The position numbers and the translations under genes were made by a program. Below the pieces are notes generated by a model, which saw only the letters and a program-made list of their open reading frames with translations, searched no databases and was not told where the DNA came from. A stretch of DNA of 63,786 bases, filler included, from Basidiobolus ranarum (lineage: Eukaryota), in the NCBI GenBank assembly GCA_040143965.1. It is 18 parts of 18 records of this genome, joined end to end, with 100 filler letters (N's around TTAATTAATTAA, not from the genome) between each part and the next. Parts side by side here need not be neighbours in the genome. Positions count along the whole stretch, not along the records: positions 1 to 3,462 come from JASJQH010002474.1; positions 3,563 to 7,022 come from JASJQH010002475.1; positions 7,123 to 10,581 come from JASJQH010002476.1; positions 10,682 to 14,137 come from JASJQH010002477.1; 14 more parts are not named here. One strand, written 5' to 3'. Positions within the stretch are counted from its first letter, which is position 1. The number at the start of each line of letters is the position of its first letter. Shown piece by piece: positions 1 through 12,654 of this stretch.

Positions 1-46
1 ATATATCCCTGTTCTTCTAGAGCTCCTAACATACCCTATCTTGGAG

Positions 47-2622
47 AGCACCTCCATCATATATGGTTGAAGTAGGTAAATCCGGGCTGAATTTTTTTGA
101 ACGATACATTGATGGCGCGGGAAATAGAAGTTATCGTTTGAAATCATTAGAACAATATTCTCAAGAATATAAAACCAACGAGAAACCTTCAAAGCAGTAC
201 TTCTCTGCAACTACTCTTCCCGAGCTAATCAGATCATACCCTATGCCAAGAAAGTCAATGAGTAAATTGGAGGTCGATAAGGGTATTTAGCGTCTCACCT
301 CTTCACCATTGGTAATCTTGTAACTTACATGAATGATACAACTATAGAGATGAAAAATCGTGAAATTTTTCTTGATTTTGTGCAAGGATTACTGAATGTG
401 AACCCATTGGAGCGCTGGTCACCACACCAAGCCAAATTACATCCTTTCCTATCTGGTGGAAAATTTACTGGCCATTTTGTGCCTCCTACTATGAGGGATT
501 CCAGCTATTCTGTCTCTAGTAACAATTCGCGAGATATAACCAATCACATCATACCCCGATACGCAAAAAGAGAGAAACTTTTCCAGCTATTTCATCCAGT
601 TCTCTTCCATCTATTGATCAAGTCTCAAGAGGTTCTTTTCAAGAGTCGCCTAGCCTAGCTGGTATGTTATTAAAACAGGGCCAACCTGTCGGACGTACTC
701 GTTCAAATACTATAGGGAACGGTCAAATGAAGGATGTTCCTTTTCAGCTGCAACATCATCCCGGAAACGGAAAATATTTGAGTAACGCTTTAACCACCAA
801 ATTTTCAGGAGAAGTTGGTTCAACAGTCAATCCAAAATACTTCGAGCCTATTCAAAGCTCCGATTCACATCTGAGCAGCCAGTGGAATCCAGGGCATCCT
901 TATAGAGAAGACCGTTCGAATGAGATTTCATTTGCTAGTTGTGCTCCAACAATTCGTGCGCCTTTCACAGGTCCTTATACTTCTGTAAACTCAGCGTACG
1001 TGTCCAGAAGTGATGCAATGATAACAGAAGCCTCATATATAGAGTCTCGCTCTCAGCCATCATACAACACCAATGATATCCTAGAGAAACGAAGGACTTT
1101 TGCTATTCCTGAACAAATACTTTATGGCCAAACTAAGACAAACATAGAGAACCAGCGAACCTATAATACGAGTAGTATTAATGACATGTTATCATCTCCC
1201 GGAACTACATATAGAAATTCAGGAGTTCGTGGAGATGTAGATCCCTTAGAATATACTCACCCTTACTCAGGTACTTTCACGAACAACAATTACGTGGAAC
1301 GAATGAACGGGTTCAACAATATGCCATCAAATCATTCTCATTTGGATGAATCCCATGTTAACACTAAGTCTGAGCGTTTACGAAATGCTCAAGATGACGG
1401 TTTGAAGAATAGAACCAACCGAAAATCGATGCATAGCCTTACTACTAAACATGAACCCCATGTTAGATATTACAAGAATAGAAAAAGCTATCCTGTCACG
1501 CAAGGATACTTGTCAGACACGCATAATCAGATACCACAATCACAGCATCCATCTACTACCTTTATCAAAACGAATGCTCCAGATAAATTACCTGGCTTGG
1601 CATCCAATTTGATGTACAACTATCCACAGGAAGCCTGTGAACCAACAAACCGACAGATAAGGTACCCCAATGCCTCCCAGCCTGTTTATTTATCAAATAA
1701 AAGGCAGGAACTCTATACGGGTATTTCGTATCCTTCAGTCGAAGAAAATACTAAATGTGGAAATCGCGCGACCTTTACCAACCTTGAGCACGAAAAATCC
1801 CGCTATGATCATACCAGTCAGCTGAATCGCAATTTTGAATCGACCGCTGGTATCCAACTTGACAGTCTTAGCATAGAGAAACGATATTATCCCACTCATA
1901 GTTCGTTGGAAATTTCTCAAAGTCGAGGGCAAGATGTGTTGATCAGTAGCAGGAAACAAACCAACCCTATTCACATCCACCCCCAAAGTCAGCACCAGAA
2001 CTGGTATTCACAAGTTAAATATGGCATTGGTCATCCGGTATACATTAGTCCGATGTCTAGTCCACCAGATATTGATATATCAACTTCTCAACACAAACTT
2101 TTGCATCAAACTGCTTCAGAAACCCAAATCACTAAATCTCCACAACTCCCAAGGTCGGATAGTTATCAATCACTAAACCGAAGTGATTCATCCACTCGAA
2201 CAAGTAGAACGATGGTTACATCCGATGAATCCATTTACAAACACAAGTACAATCTATCCAGCTCCAATAAGGTCACCGGAAGGAAAGGAAGCGAAGCTAT
2301 TCATCAAGATACACCAGAGATACACCACTCTTCCCATCAGTGGTCAGAACAGAAAACTCACCATACAGATTATAACAAGAATAGCATCCAGGATTCAGTG
2401 ACACATGAATATTCTGAGAAGCAATTTTCCAACCTTAGACAATCATCAATCTCTAAAGCTTCATCTTCCATCAATATTAGTAGAGACGAAACACTAAATG
2501 TTGTTAGATATTCTACAAATACCCATATCGTCCCAGAACATGCATACTATATGGGGAATTCCTATCCCTTGATTATAACTTCCAACAGAAATATCCCGAC
2601 CTCTCCCAAAACATCCATTTAA
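47..2622 (+). CDS. YAK1: YAK1/DYRK-family protein kinase, C-terminal kinase lobe plus long disordered tail (5'-partial)
   Basis: Spliced reading APPSYMVEVGKSGLNFF...YRLKSLEQYSQE...KQYF...LPELIRSYPMP...E/MKNREIFLDFVQGLLNVNPLERWSPHQAKLHPF matches the Yak1 subdomain X-XI insert. Intron 283-347 (GT..TAG) restores the frame. A frame change near 520-590 leads into the S/Q/H-rich ORF 664-2622, which has an RSNTIG basophilic site. Confidence 0.8.
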
Positions 2623-3214
2623 AGGGAGATTTTCTCAGTGATCTCAGCCAAATAAACTCATACATAACGCTGTGCGTGATACTTGTCATGAAGGATCTGC
2701 CTTGTACTCCATGCACTTCATCAAGTAGACAATTGAATAGGATAAAATAATTCTGCATAACCGGATGTACCTCTGTGAAGCCCAGAGAGTTATTATTAAC
2801 TCGAATTCCAAGCTATTTTTAAATCAGTAATATGCACTAAATGATATATTCATCAATGATGGCGAATATATCCAGTATATATAAGAAGGCAGTTGAATCC
2901 ATTTTCAAATTTAATATGGATGATTAGGTGATACGTAATTAAGAAAACATGATTGGAGTTTGAGCAGGGAGTGGTGAAGATAACCCATTTTGCAAAAGGC
3001 ATCTATTGCATAGTTATAGCCCAGCGTGAATATAGATCGAAATGCACTCAACTCAATAAGATAGAGAATACAGTTAATGTAGAATACTGAATTGTAAATG
3101 CCGATTAAGAAGTCGAGAATAAAAAGACCATCGCATCGTGATTAAAAGTAATAATATTTCTACAGAGCTATAACGAAATTCATATACTTATAACTAATTA
3201 ATATAGATGTCTCT

Positions 3215-3358
3215 TTAATTGCCAGGGTTCATGCCTTCCGTCAAAATTACTAGCAATTGGTTGAGTGCTCGCTTTGCTACCAAATCCTCCTTTAATGTAT
3301 GGGTGAATGATCCGTCACGAAGTGGGCTAGGTAGACATGAGCGGAGTGCTTCATGGGC
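3215..3358 (-). CDS. Probable terminal exon of an unknown gene (5'-partial)
   Basis: Open frame ...EALRSCLPSPLRDGSFTHTLKEDLVAKRALNQLLVILTEGMNPGN* preceded on the minus strand by a pyrimidine-rich AATAG acceptor. No family recognised. Confidence 0.3.
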   Translation of the reverse strand, partial: AHEALRSCLPSPLRDGSFTHTLKEDLVAKRALNQLLVILTEGMNPGN

Positions 3359-3462
3359 TCTATTAAAGAAACAATAATGAGATCTGAAACAACAGTAAAA
3401 ACGAGCTCCGAAATTACCTTTGATTCTCACATAATCTTAGATAGCACCTCACAACATGTTTC

Positions 3463-3562
3463 NNNNNNNNNNNNNNNNNNNNNNNNNNNNNNNNNNNNNN
3501 NNNNNNTTAATTAATTAANNNNNNNNNNNNNNNNNNNNNNNNNNNNNNNNNNNNNNNNNNNN
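3463..3562. other. Artificial contig spacer (44 N + TTAATTAATTAA + 44 N), first of 17
   Basis: Identical 100-nt spacers start at 3463, 7023, 10582, 14138, 17693, 21247, 24800, 28351, 31899, 35447, 38993, 42539, 46084, 49628, 53170, 56712 and 60250. The linker puts stops in all six frames, and contig lengths never increase along the window. Confidence 0.99.
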
Positions 3563-4753
3563 GAGTTATTGGCTGATTTTCTTTATTTCGATTTGTGCTA
3601 TTTTATAGGGTAGAGGTGGGAGAAATCGAGTGACATTTCTGCCTAATTTGGGAGTGTTCGATTTTCGAAACTTGTGAGTAGAACGAAGGGTCGTTTCCGA
3701 TATCTCGTAACTTTGGCTCCTGATATTTGATATCTCTAAAATTTATAACACAGCTAGATAATTGGTGTAAAAATGACATGCTAAGAAATGGTTTCATTTT
3801 AACGGCTAGTTGAAGAGATATTTGCATTTTGTATCGTTTTTGATGATTGTGAGACGAGTAGGAGGTGTGAGATGTTGAGACTTTGTGAAGGTCGAGTGTA
3901 ATGAATGAGCAGTAGGTGTATAAAATATGGTAGGGATTGGTTCGGTATTGTGTACCGAAAAATGCCACCGCTTTTGTATCATAATCCAATTTCATAACAT
4001 CATATTTGCCATAATATATTGTCTCAGAATCAACCGCATCTTTCGATACAAAATACTGTCCCAAACCTCGCTATATTTCACAACCTTATTTATCATCAAC
4101 CAAGTTAGATCCTCAGCCTCTCACCTGTGCCACACTCCTCATAATCTTCCAAAACGTGGCGGAAATACCAGTATCTGACGAAACCTCCCTAACTTTTAAA
4201 ATAGCGTACACCTATCATTACTCCTAAGTTGGTACAAATTTCAGAATATGACCATCGGTAACCAGTCATCACGACCACTCAAATTTTGCCTAGATCTACC
4301 CTACAGACCAATCCTAATAGGGTTAATCAGTTTATTTATCTATTATCTAATTTAGGAATTTTACTCACCTCAAGAACTCAGACTAATTGCTATAATAGTG
4401 CTGTAGAAGGCTTAGTACCGAGGACACTTTGGGAATAGATGTTAACCTGAAGCCTCTTCTATCCGGGCATCCTCCCCCTCCCTTGACCCAATAAAACTAG
4501 CTACGATTATCGTAACCCAATATAATGTTGTTATGATCCAGATTTGCTTCTAGATTGTACTCTTTTGATAGACACAACCCCATATTTGATATATATTTGT
4601 TCCAAGTCGATGCTATCAGTTTTATTTGGAAAATCTACCGATTAACATCCTACTCACTTTTCTACTATATAAACCGAAGTATTTATGTCGAGAAGATCAT
4701 CATTTACTTGATAAACATCTCTTTCTACGAAACCCCTCTGGCACAAACCAAGA

Positions 4754-5215
4754 ATGAAGCACGTGGATTTGGTGATATGCGATTTGAATGGCAGTGTGTT
4801 ACCTAACATGATAACCGGTAATAAAGAATGCAACGATGTGATGAACAATTCTGCCCCTGATCAATGCTTCCACTACTCCTGTTTCAATCAAACCATCATA
4901 GCACAGACGCTCGAAACGATGGCTTACAACAACAACCAAGCTAGGCCTAAAAACCTGAAAATTTGCGCCTACAAAGAGTGTTTCAAATCCTCCATGCTTT
5001 CTTCCGGTGAAATGGATGCAACAAACTCCACCGAAAAATATTGCGTGCGCTATGAAAACTTCAATAAATCGGGGATTGTAACGTCCCTGAAGGATTTGCA
5101 AACTTGTAGTGACACAGTCAGTGCAAATGATGCTGCCTCTATTCAGCATAGCGGAATATTATTTTTAGCTTTGATATGTCTGTTCCTCATGTCCAAAACC
5201 CATCTTCTTGATTGA
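4754..5215 (+). CDS. Small cysteine-rich protein with C-terminal hydrophobic (GPI-signal-like) tail, true start uncertain
   Basis: 153-aa ORF with 8 Cys in the body, N-glycosylation sequons (NGS, NNS, NQT, NST, NKS), small residues (SANDAAS) followed by the hydrophobic tail GILFLALICLFLM. AATAAA lies downstream. Confidence 0.5.
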   Translation: MKHVDLVICDLNGSVLPNMITGNKECNDVMNNSAPDQCFHYSCFNQTIIAQTLETMAYNNNQARPKNLKICAYKECFKSSMLSSGEMDATNSTEKYCVRYENFNKSGIVTSLKDLQTCSDTVSANDAASIQHSGILFLALICLFLMSKTHLLD

Positions 5216-5739
5216 TAAGTCGTTCCTAATTAATAACTTTGTATACATATAGACTAGACTTTTAAATAAAAGGAAAAGGTGAGAAGCCGAAAACATTGGT
5301 CTTCTCCAATTGTTCAAAAGAAAAGTGTAGGATGGATCATTTCAGGACATAGAAAACTGAATGTTTGGCAATGATTCGTTTGTCAGATCAACTGTGAAGA
5401 AAGATCTCCATTTACAAGAACGGATGGTATAATATATTTTTATAATAGATGCTTTAATTGGTATATATTAACTAGCTAACAAAATAAATATACCAGATGT
5501 TTGATCGTCTTTACTAATCCTATAAGTTAGCTAACATTCTGAGAACAGCATTAATTCTTAAATATTTCATCAAGTATGAATTGATTCTTGTTGATCAGGG
5601 AAAACAAATTTTCCAACTTTATCATATGTTATAATATTATAGGTACAAAATTCCATCTTCACTTCTGTATTCATCAAGTGCAAATTATGGTTTCTTCCAG
5701 TTCCTACAATGATTCCAAAACCTCCCAGAATGTTACAAC

Positions 5740-5952
5740 TGTTGAAATTAGCATTTCCTAAACACCAATATAGTCATATATAGCTTAGTATTTAGTTATC
5801 TTATATTGAACAAAGATATCACCCACTATTCTCATGAGGAATTTACTTAGAATATTGACACCAACTTAGAAGTTTGAAGATATATAGATTTTTTCAAACT
5901 TGTGCTAGAAGCCCCAAACTTTGCACACATTTTTCTAGGTCCTTGCTTAACA
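5740..5952 (+). repeat. Solo LTR, copia family A (about 213 bp, TG...CA)
   Basis: TGTTGAAATTAGC...GCTTAACA aligns by eye with the reverse complement of 24479-24690 and more loosely with 45540-45735. Confidence 0.75.
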
Positions 5953-7122
5953 CATTCTTCACGTCAGTCTGTTCACATCTTGACAAATCTACAAATTTCG
6001 ATTTTCAACTCAATGAATCAACAAGTGAAAGCCACCAATTTCTCTAGTTCTCCAAACCACTTCCAAAAGGCTCCCAAAATACTTCAACAACAACTTAACT
6101 CAAAGGTTTTCCAGTGTTATGCTTCTTTAGATCAAGGGAAAGCAATCAAGAATTATCCTGACAAGACTCATTTGATAGAGCTATAGGATGCCGGTGTCCA
6201 AAGAGCAAGCTTAAAAGCATATATAGGCCATTAGCTTCAAAATTAAGTGCGTGGAAATGAGATGTTTGAACATTGCATGTGTCTATTTGCAATACAAAAG
6301 TTTAGATGTTCGATGCAAATAATGCCGAAAGGGAAGAGTCAATCTTTTTCTTTGACTTTGTAGTAGATATGAAGCAGTATAAAGAATTCTTCATTCAATT
6401 CCAAACAGTTATCTTGTGCTTCTTCAACATCAAGTTCTTCTTGACCATCTAGTTACTTGCAGCTATTGTTTCTTTCAGTGTCTTACTCCATGCTATTTCC
6501 AGCGCTCCAGGCAGCTCGAGCAATAATCCACAATTGTATTCTCGATATTTTGGCAGCTCATGTACTCAACCAACATATCTTTGCAATTCTGTAATCCAAA
6601 CAACCAGAGCAACAATAGCTCGTGTCCCAATACTGAGACAAGTATGTCCTACCAATACTCGTGAACATGGCAACCTCTACACTTACCAGTTTAATAACAG
6701 GAAATCAGCAGGTGTCAAATATCAAAATGAACCTAACGCTGAAGTAAAGAGAGTAGATTTACCTCAATACAGAGTTGCCTTACATTCAAGAAGGATTGAT
6801 ACAATCAGAGGAACTTTGCCCTTCTCTTCAATTTTAATTGCAATCAGAGAAGAAGCAACATTTACTCCCACAGCTTGAAGATAAATTTGAGTAAATGAAC
6901 AGTTGTATGCCAGCGAGTCGCTGCTGTAGTATCTGGCAGGATTATTCAATTATCTATCCTCCGCAACTGTCCAAACTAGAACGGTGGTGCATATCGAACA
7001 GTCTTCAACCAAATGGATAGCANNNNNNNNNNNNNNNNNNNNNNNNNNNNNNNNNNNNNNNNNNNNTTAATTAATTAANNNNNNNNNNNNNNNNNNNNNN
7101 NNNNNNNNNNNNNNNNNNNNNN

Positions 7123-8127
7123 CAATGTGTTTAGAGCAGTATTCTCCACCATTATCACTCTTTGGTACCCTTATTTTCTGAGCTGATTCTTTATCTACCA
7201 TTGCTTTGTAGTGCTTGAACATATATAAGGCTTCAGATTTTAGCTTGAAAGATGATACGCAAGTATATCTTGTTTTGTCAACAATAATGATCATAAACTC
7301 CCTTTTGCCACCTAGTGCAACATTTTTTATGGGCATACAGAGATCAGAAAGAATCAGGCCAAGATTCTGAGTAGATTTGATTGACCTGGAGCTTGCAAAT
7401 GGCTGTCTGTGATGTTTTCCATGTATGCAACCTTCACACAGATCCAATATGGTGATATTTTCAATTTCTAAGCCTGAAACAAGCTGAGTATGGATCTTTT
7501 GGTTCTGTTATTGCTCCCTAATGTGCCCTAAACTTCTATGCCATGTTTGACGGCCTGTTTCACTGGTTTTGGCTAAGTTTGCTGGCATAGAATACAATTT
7601 GTTGGTTTCTAGCTTTTATAAATTCTGAGCTTGGACTATAGTAGCTAAGTTGGTATTACTTGGATCTGATATATTTCATGCGGCCTAGCTGAACAGAAAA
7701 TTTAGTACTTGATCTGTTGCTGGTGCTACTGAGAGTAGATACTTGCCTATATATGGTGCATAGATTACATAATGCAATTTTGCAGATTGTGTGGCTGAAT
7801 TTTGGTCTAAATTGAGCACAACTGTGCCCTTACCAAATGCATCTAGTGCACAGTAATTGACTAAACAGACCTTCACTGTTTAGATGAGTTTTTAGCTGGA
7901 AAAAAATCTTTCTTGTTTGATTGAAACCAGGAAGCTCCTGATTCATTGTATGATGTTTCTGAGTCTTCTTTAGTGGTAAATGACAGGGCCAATGCAGATA
8001 GAGAATCCCTACCAGTGCATACTTGACTTGTTTGTTTCAACTTCAGCTTCATGGCCACAATCCTTTTTGTGCAATCTTTGATTAAATGGCCTGGTCTCTG
8101 GCAAAACTTGCAGATGACTGTTATCAA
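7123..8127 (-). mobile_element. Degenerate Ty1/copia gag-pol fragment (zinc knuckle, protease, GAG-pre-integrase, integrase)
   Basis: CKFCQRPGHLIKDC knuckle, SGAS protease remnant, CEGCIHGKHHR, SDLC and SDNGGEY integrase motifs, broken by stops and frameshifts. Confidence 0.9.
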
Positions 8128-10681
8128 TTTGTAAGTTTATCTAATACCTGGCCCCTCATAACAAGCCAAAATACCAGCAAATAAAACTCATGGCTCTCCA
8201 ACTTCAACTGGCATTTTTCAAAGTGTTCGAATCAGCTCCAAACTTAAAAGCAAGCAAAAAGGCACAGATGCACCACAAAGCACTCTCAGTAGTGTCACCT
8301 TACAAGTACATATAAAGATAGTAAAAGTGCTCGAGGAGTGTTTTCATAAGTATGAAGGGAAAAACACAGGGCAAGTATAAAGAAAGTGGCTTTAGAAGAA
8401 GAACATTCAACATTACATTCAGTCTGGTGTTGACCATGCATATATCTGTGCAGAACTTAATATGGAGTGGCACAATATTTTCAGGGCATCCATCTAATAG
8501 CTGGAAGAATGTTGATTCTGCAACATTAATATGATGGTGGCCTTTGATGGAGGTATTGATACAAACTTGTGTTGGATATGAGCTAAACCTTGGGTGTGGA
8601 GAACTTTATAAAAGTATTCAGAAAAATATATCAAAGAAACTATGGATTTCAAAAGTCACAAATTAGCATTCAAATGGTTAGCATGTAAAATTTGAGTTTT
8701 GTTTTTTGCACTTGTGTTGATCAATAGTTTGCTGAGATTGTAGCCAATCATGTGCAACTATTTTGCAAGATCTTGAATATCACTCCTGAAGCTGAAAATT
8801 GATTAAAATCAGATTTAACTTGATGATTTTATGATGGTAAGTAAATAGTCAATCCAAAATGAATTAAAATTATGACAGTTTTCTTTCAATTACAATCCTC
8901 AAAATTCTGTTAGAGTTTCTTTAAGAAGCCAAAGCTATGTTCTACTCTTGCTCCATATTGGTAAAAGACATCATTGTAATGATAAGCATTGCTGAAGGTA
9001 TAAATGATTATTAATGAGAATTTCCAGGAAGTTGTGGAGATTTCTATTGGTGGGTTCAGGGGATATGATATAATCTTAAATCATGATATTAGTAATCCAT
9101 AAAATATTCTGGATGGTCTTAGAATAATCCACAAAGTCATGGAATATTCCAGCAAAGTCAAGTTTTGATTGGTCAAAACTCTATGAATCATGAAATATTC
9201 TAAAAATTTTGTGGAATGTTCTTGAAGATTGTAGAAATTTTGAGAAAATAATAAGGGCCAATATGAGTTAATACTGATAAATCTCAAATGATAGGGGATA
9301 GTACTAATAGTATGATGTGAATCACTATAAATATGGATAAGTCAAATATGGATAATAAAATAGAAATTGAGTGATAGTAATGATGTGAGCTAGGAATGGA
9401 CACAGGTCAACCTGCCAGTGGGTAGCAATGCTACCCCACTATACCATGACTTAATTAAAAGTACCATATATGTTCATGTATCTCACCAAGAAGCCTCTCT
9501 TGCAGCTTTCCTAACAAAACAATCAGATTTGTGTAGGATGATTACTACTATCCGGAGCTTCCTTAAACCATGGTTTTACTTTCACTACTAATTTTGCTAT
9601 TGGGTTGTCAATCTGATTGGCATATGGTGGGACCAATGGTTTCACTTGGAGCTACTTCTCATCACAAATACATTTCATAGGGAACTGCCAAGATATATAG
9701 TCAGGACCTATGCTCTCTAAACATTGTAATAGATGTAGCAGGGCATGTATGGAATACTGGCATAGATTTTGTCTATTTTCTCAAGATCTGCAATAAAGTT
9801 CTATGTATCCAAAAACATAATCTATTCAAGGCTACCTTATGTAGCTAAGATTGGCAGATGTGATTTGATGTTGTAGTAATATATAGACAAACAACTCCCA
9901 ATGTTGCCATTACTCATCTGGTAGGATATCTTTTCAAGAACTCACTTGAGTATATACGTATCTGATACTTGTGGTCTTTAGAGTTGTTCCATTTAATTAA
10001 GCCATATCAGGCAAGCTAAAAAGTTTGTGTGCACAAATTAGCATAATTGGGTAATATCCAGCATGATGATACTGTCACAATAAAGAACTGGGCAAGGACT
10101 GGAAGCAACAACAAGAGGCTAGAAGGCAGGAGAGTACTAGGGTGTAGACCACAAGACAAGACAAGATTGGACAGGGAAGATGCTTTGGCAACAGTCTTAT
10201 TGATAACTGGCATTGATTGGACTGAGGTCTGATCAAGGAATACATGGAGCTTATATAGATATTGCAGGGTGAAACATAATATACTGAATAAGGACTATAC
10301 AGTGGTAAGTTCAAGTGTTGAGGTGTTGGGGACTACAAGGAAAATACAGAGAGGGATGATGTAAGGATGATGCATGGATGATCAGGTGATCTTCCATGCC
10401 AGATCTTGGTGGAAATACACTCTGTGTGCAATGATGGGATTGGTTAAGTTTCATGGGATGTTCTAAAGAACATGACTTCATGTAAGTTAACCTGGATGAA
10501 CTAACACAAGATTGCCAAGAAAGGATGGCACAGCAGATATGATGTCATAATCTAATAATAGAAGAGTTCTATTTGCAGTGGNNNNNNNNNNNNNNNNNNN
10601 NNNNNNNNNNNNNNNNNNNNNNNNNTTAATTAATTAANNNNNNNNNNNNNNNNNNNNNNNNNNNNNNNNNNNNNNNNNNNN

Positions 10682-11991
10682 CTACCGATGAGTGCCAAGG
10701 CTATCCGAGAATTGACACCCATGAAACTTCTTCAGTCACTTTCTCGAATGACAAGTCCATCCGAATCCATCAAAAGCCTCAATGAGCGATTTAAAGACTC
10801 TGACATTTCTGTGACTGAATTTGACGACTCTCTCTTGACATCTAATCGAAAGTTCGATTCATCTGATGATAAAGAAACCTCTGAGGAGGAAAGTAGATCC
10901 AAGGTGGACTTGGAACAATCCCGAGTCTTCTCTGAATATGATGAAAGCTCCCTTCTCGATCTATCAGGAGCTCAACATGACAATCACAAATTCGGACAGA
11001 GCGAAACTGAAGAACATGACGAGCAGGTATAGATATCTCCACAAATTTTTAGAATGTCGACTGAAGATACTAATGAATAGAAGTCTTTTGGAGGATCACA
11101 ACTTGAAGAAGCTGGTCTTAGTACAGAAGATTTCCTGTATGAGGACATGGTTCAGGCAATCAATAACTTGAAAGAAATCATGAGTGAGCTTAGGGATGGG
11201 CAGGGTGTTCACAGGTTTGATTATTGAAGTTCATTCCGTACTTGTGTTGCCTATTGCTTACTGTTAGATCTTATTAGAAATCTTGGTAATGCCCTCGAAG
11301 CCAATCTAAACGAACTTAACGATAAAACTCAGAAACGAGATAGCCTCCTTGTTGAAATGGAGGCGATGAAAGAAATTGTTGATCAAACCAATGTGAGTGA
11401 CTCTCCATGTAGCGTTTTGCAGATGTCGTATTTATAGATATCGCTTTGTTAGAATGAGATGAGTGAATTGAAGTCTCAGCTTGAAAAAAGAGTTCGTTCA
11501 GAGGAAGAGGTGGATGCCAAACTCGCCGATATGACAGAGGTTACCGACAAACTTCGACATCGCATCAAGAACAAAGCTGAGCAGGTTTGTTACTCCCGCC
11601 CCGCTGTAATATTCTTATACATTTAATAATATCATATTGGTAGATCGTTCATCCAACTGGTAGAGGCTTTGTTGGATCTTTGCCGTCTTTCCTACTCAAC
11701 ACTTTGATTTTATTGGGAATTTTTGCGGCTCTAGAGCTGTTCTTCGTTGGCATATTGTTAAGGTACTTATTATCGTGCTCTCGAATTTGCTCCATAGCTG
11801 TGTCTAACATTAATATTCCCAGAACCCACGAGCAATACGATGCTGTTTTTGGTACCATGTCGCATGGTACGTACTATTCTTCTGATTTAGAACATAATCA
11901 GTCTTGGTCTGTCTACTTTGCGAGAAATGTGTGGGAGATTCTCGTTAACATATTCCATGGAAACTCAAAGGGACTGTCAGTACCCTCTTGA
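10682..11991 (+). CDS. Coiled-coil tail-anchored membrane protein, KASH-like C-terminus (5'-partial, 5 introns)
   Basis: GT-AG introns at about 11027-11080, 11215-11277, 11394-11452, 11585-11643 and 11763-11822 join acidic/Ser-rich and heptad exons to a TM segment (LLNTLILLGIFAALELFFVGILL). A short tail follows, ending ...GLSVPS*. Confidence 0.6.
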
Positions 11992-12654
11992 TTTGATACA
12001 TTTATATAAGTATTCTCATAGTTATTTTCGTGTGTGTATCATTGCTTGCTTTGCATAAGTGATTGTGCTTCTTTCATTTCTCATTCCCGGTTAGTAGAGA
12101 CTAAGCCATTTGCTGAATAGAAGCTCCTGTATCGTTTTTTGGAATGATTGACTATATTTATAATTAACTTCAACTTTTCATATGATCAGTTGTTTCTTGG
12201 AATGTAAACTTGAAGTTTTCCAATAAATTGTATGAATAATATATGTTCTATCTTATTATAGTAATTGTCATGTCTTATTTTTACCCTCTATCGGTATTAT
12301 ATAAATAACTGAAGAAAGGAATTTGCGTGTGTACGCAGTCAAGATAAACCGTCAAGAACGGATAAACCTAGAATGATTTATATTCCGTCTTCCAATTATT
12401 GTTGCTCGTCGTAGTTTGGAGGAAATATGCAAGTTTATTTCTTGAAAAAATACCATGAATAGTGAATCTTATCCCCAATTTTTTGGAAAAAATATCGAGG
12501 TTTTAGATGTACGCAATAAGCCTCAAATTTCAATTTGGCAATTTTGTATAGGTTACGTTTTGCTAAATATTAAGGTGATTCTACAGATCAATAAAATCCA
12601 AGTTTCTCATTTTGTCAAAGGTGTTCCACTTTCTCTCACTTAAACTCTGTAAAA

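Noticed and set aside
3603-4064. 153-aa minus-strand ORF as a gene
   Set aside because: Non-ATG start, no recognisable motif and no supported splice structure.
8200-10581. Specific transposon class for the CpG-poor remainder of contig 3 (also 23690-24400 and 61900-62700)
   Set aside because: Probably decayed repeats, but no diagnostic motif is readable.
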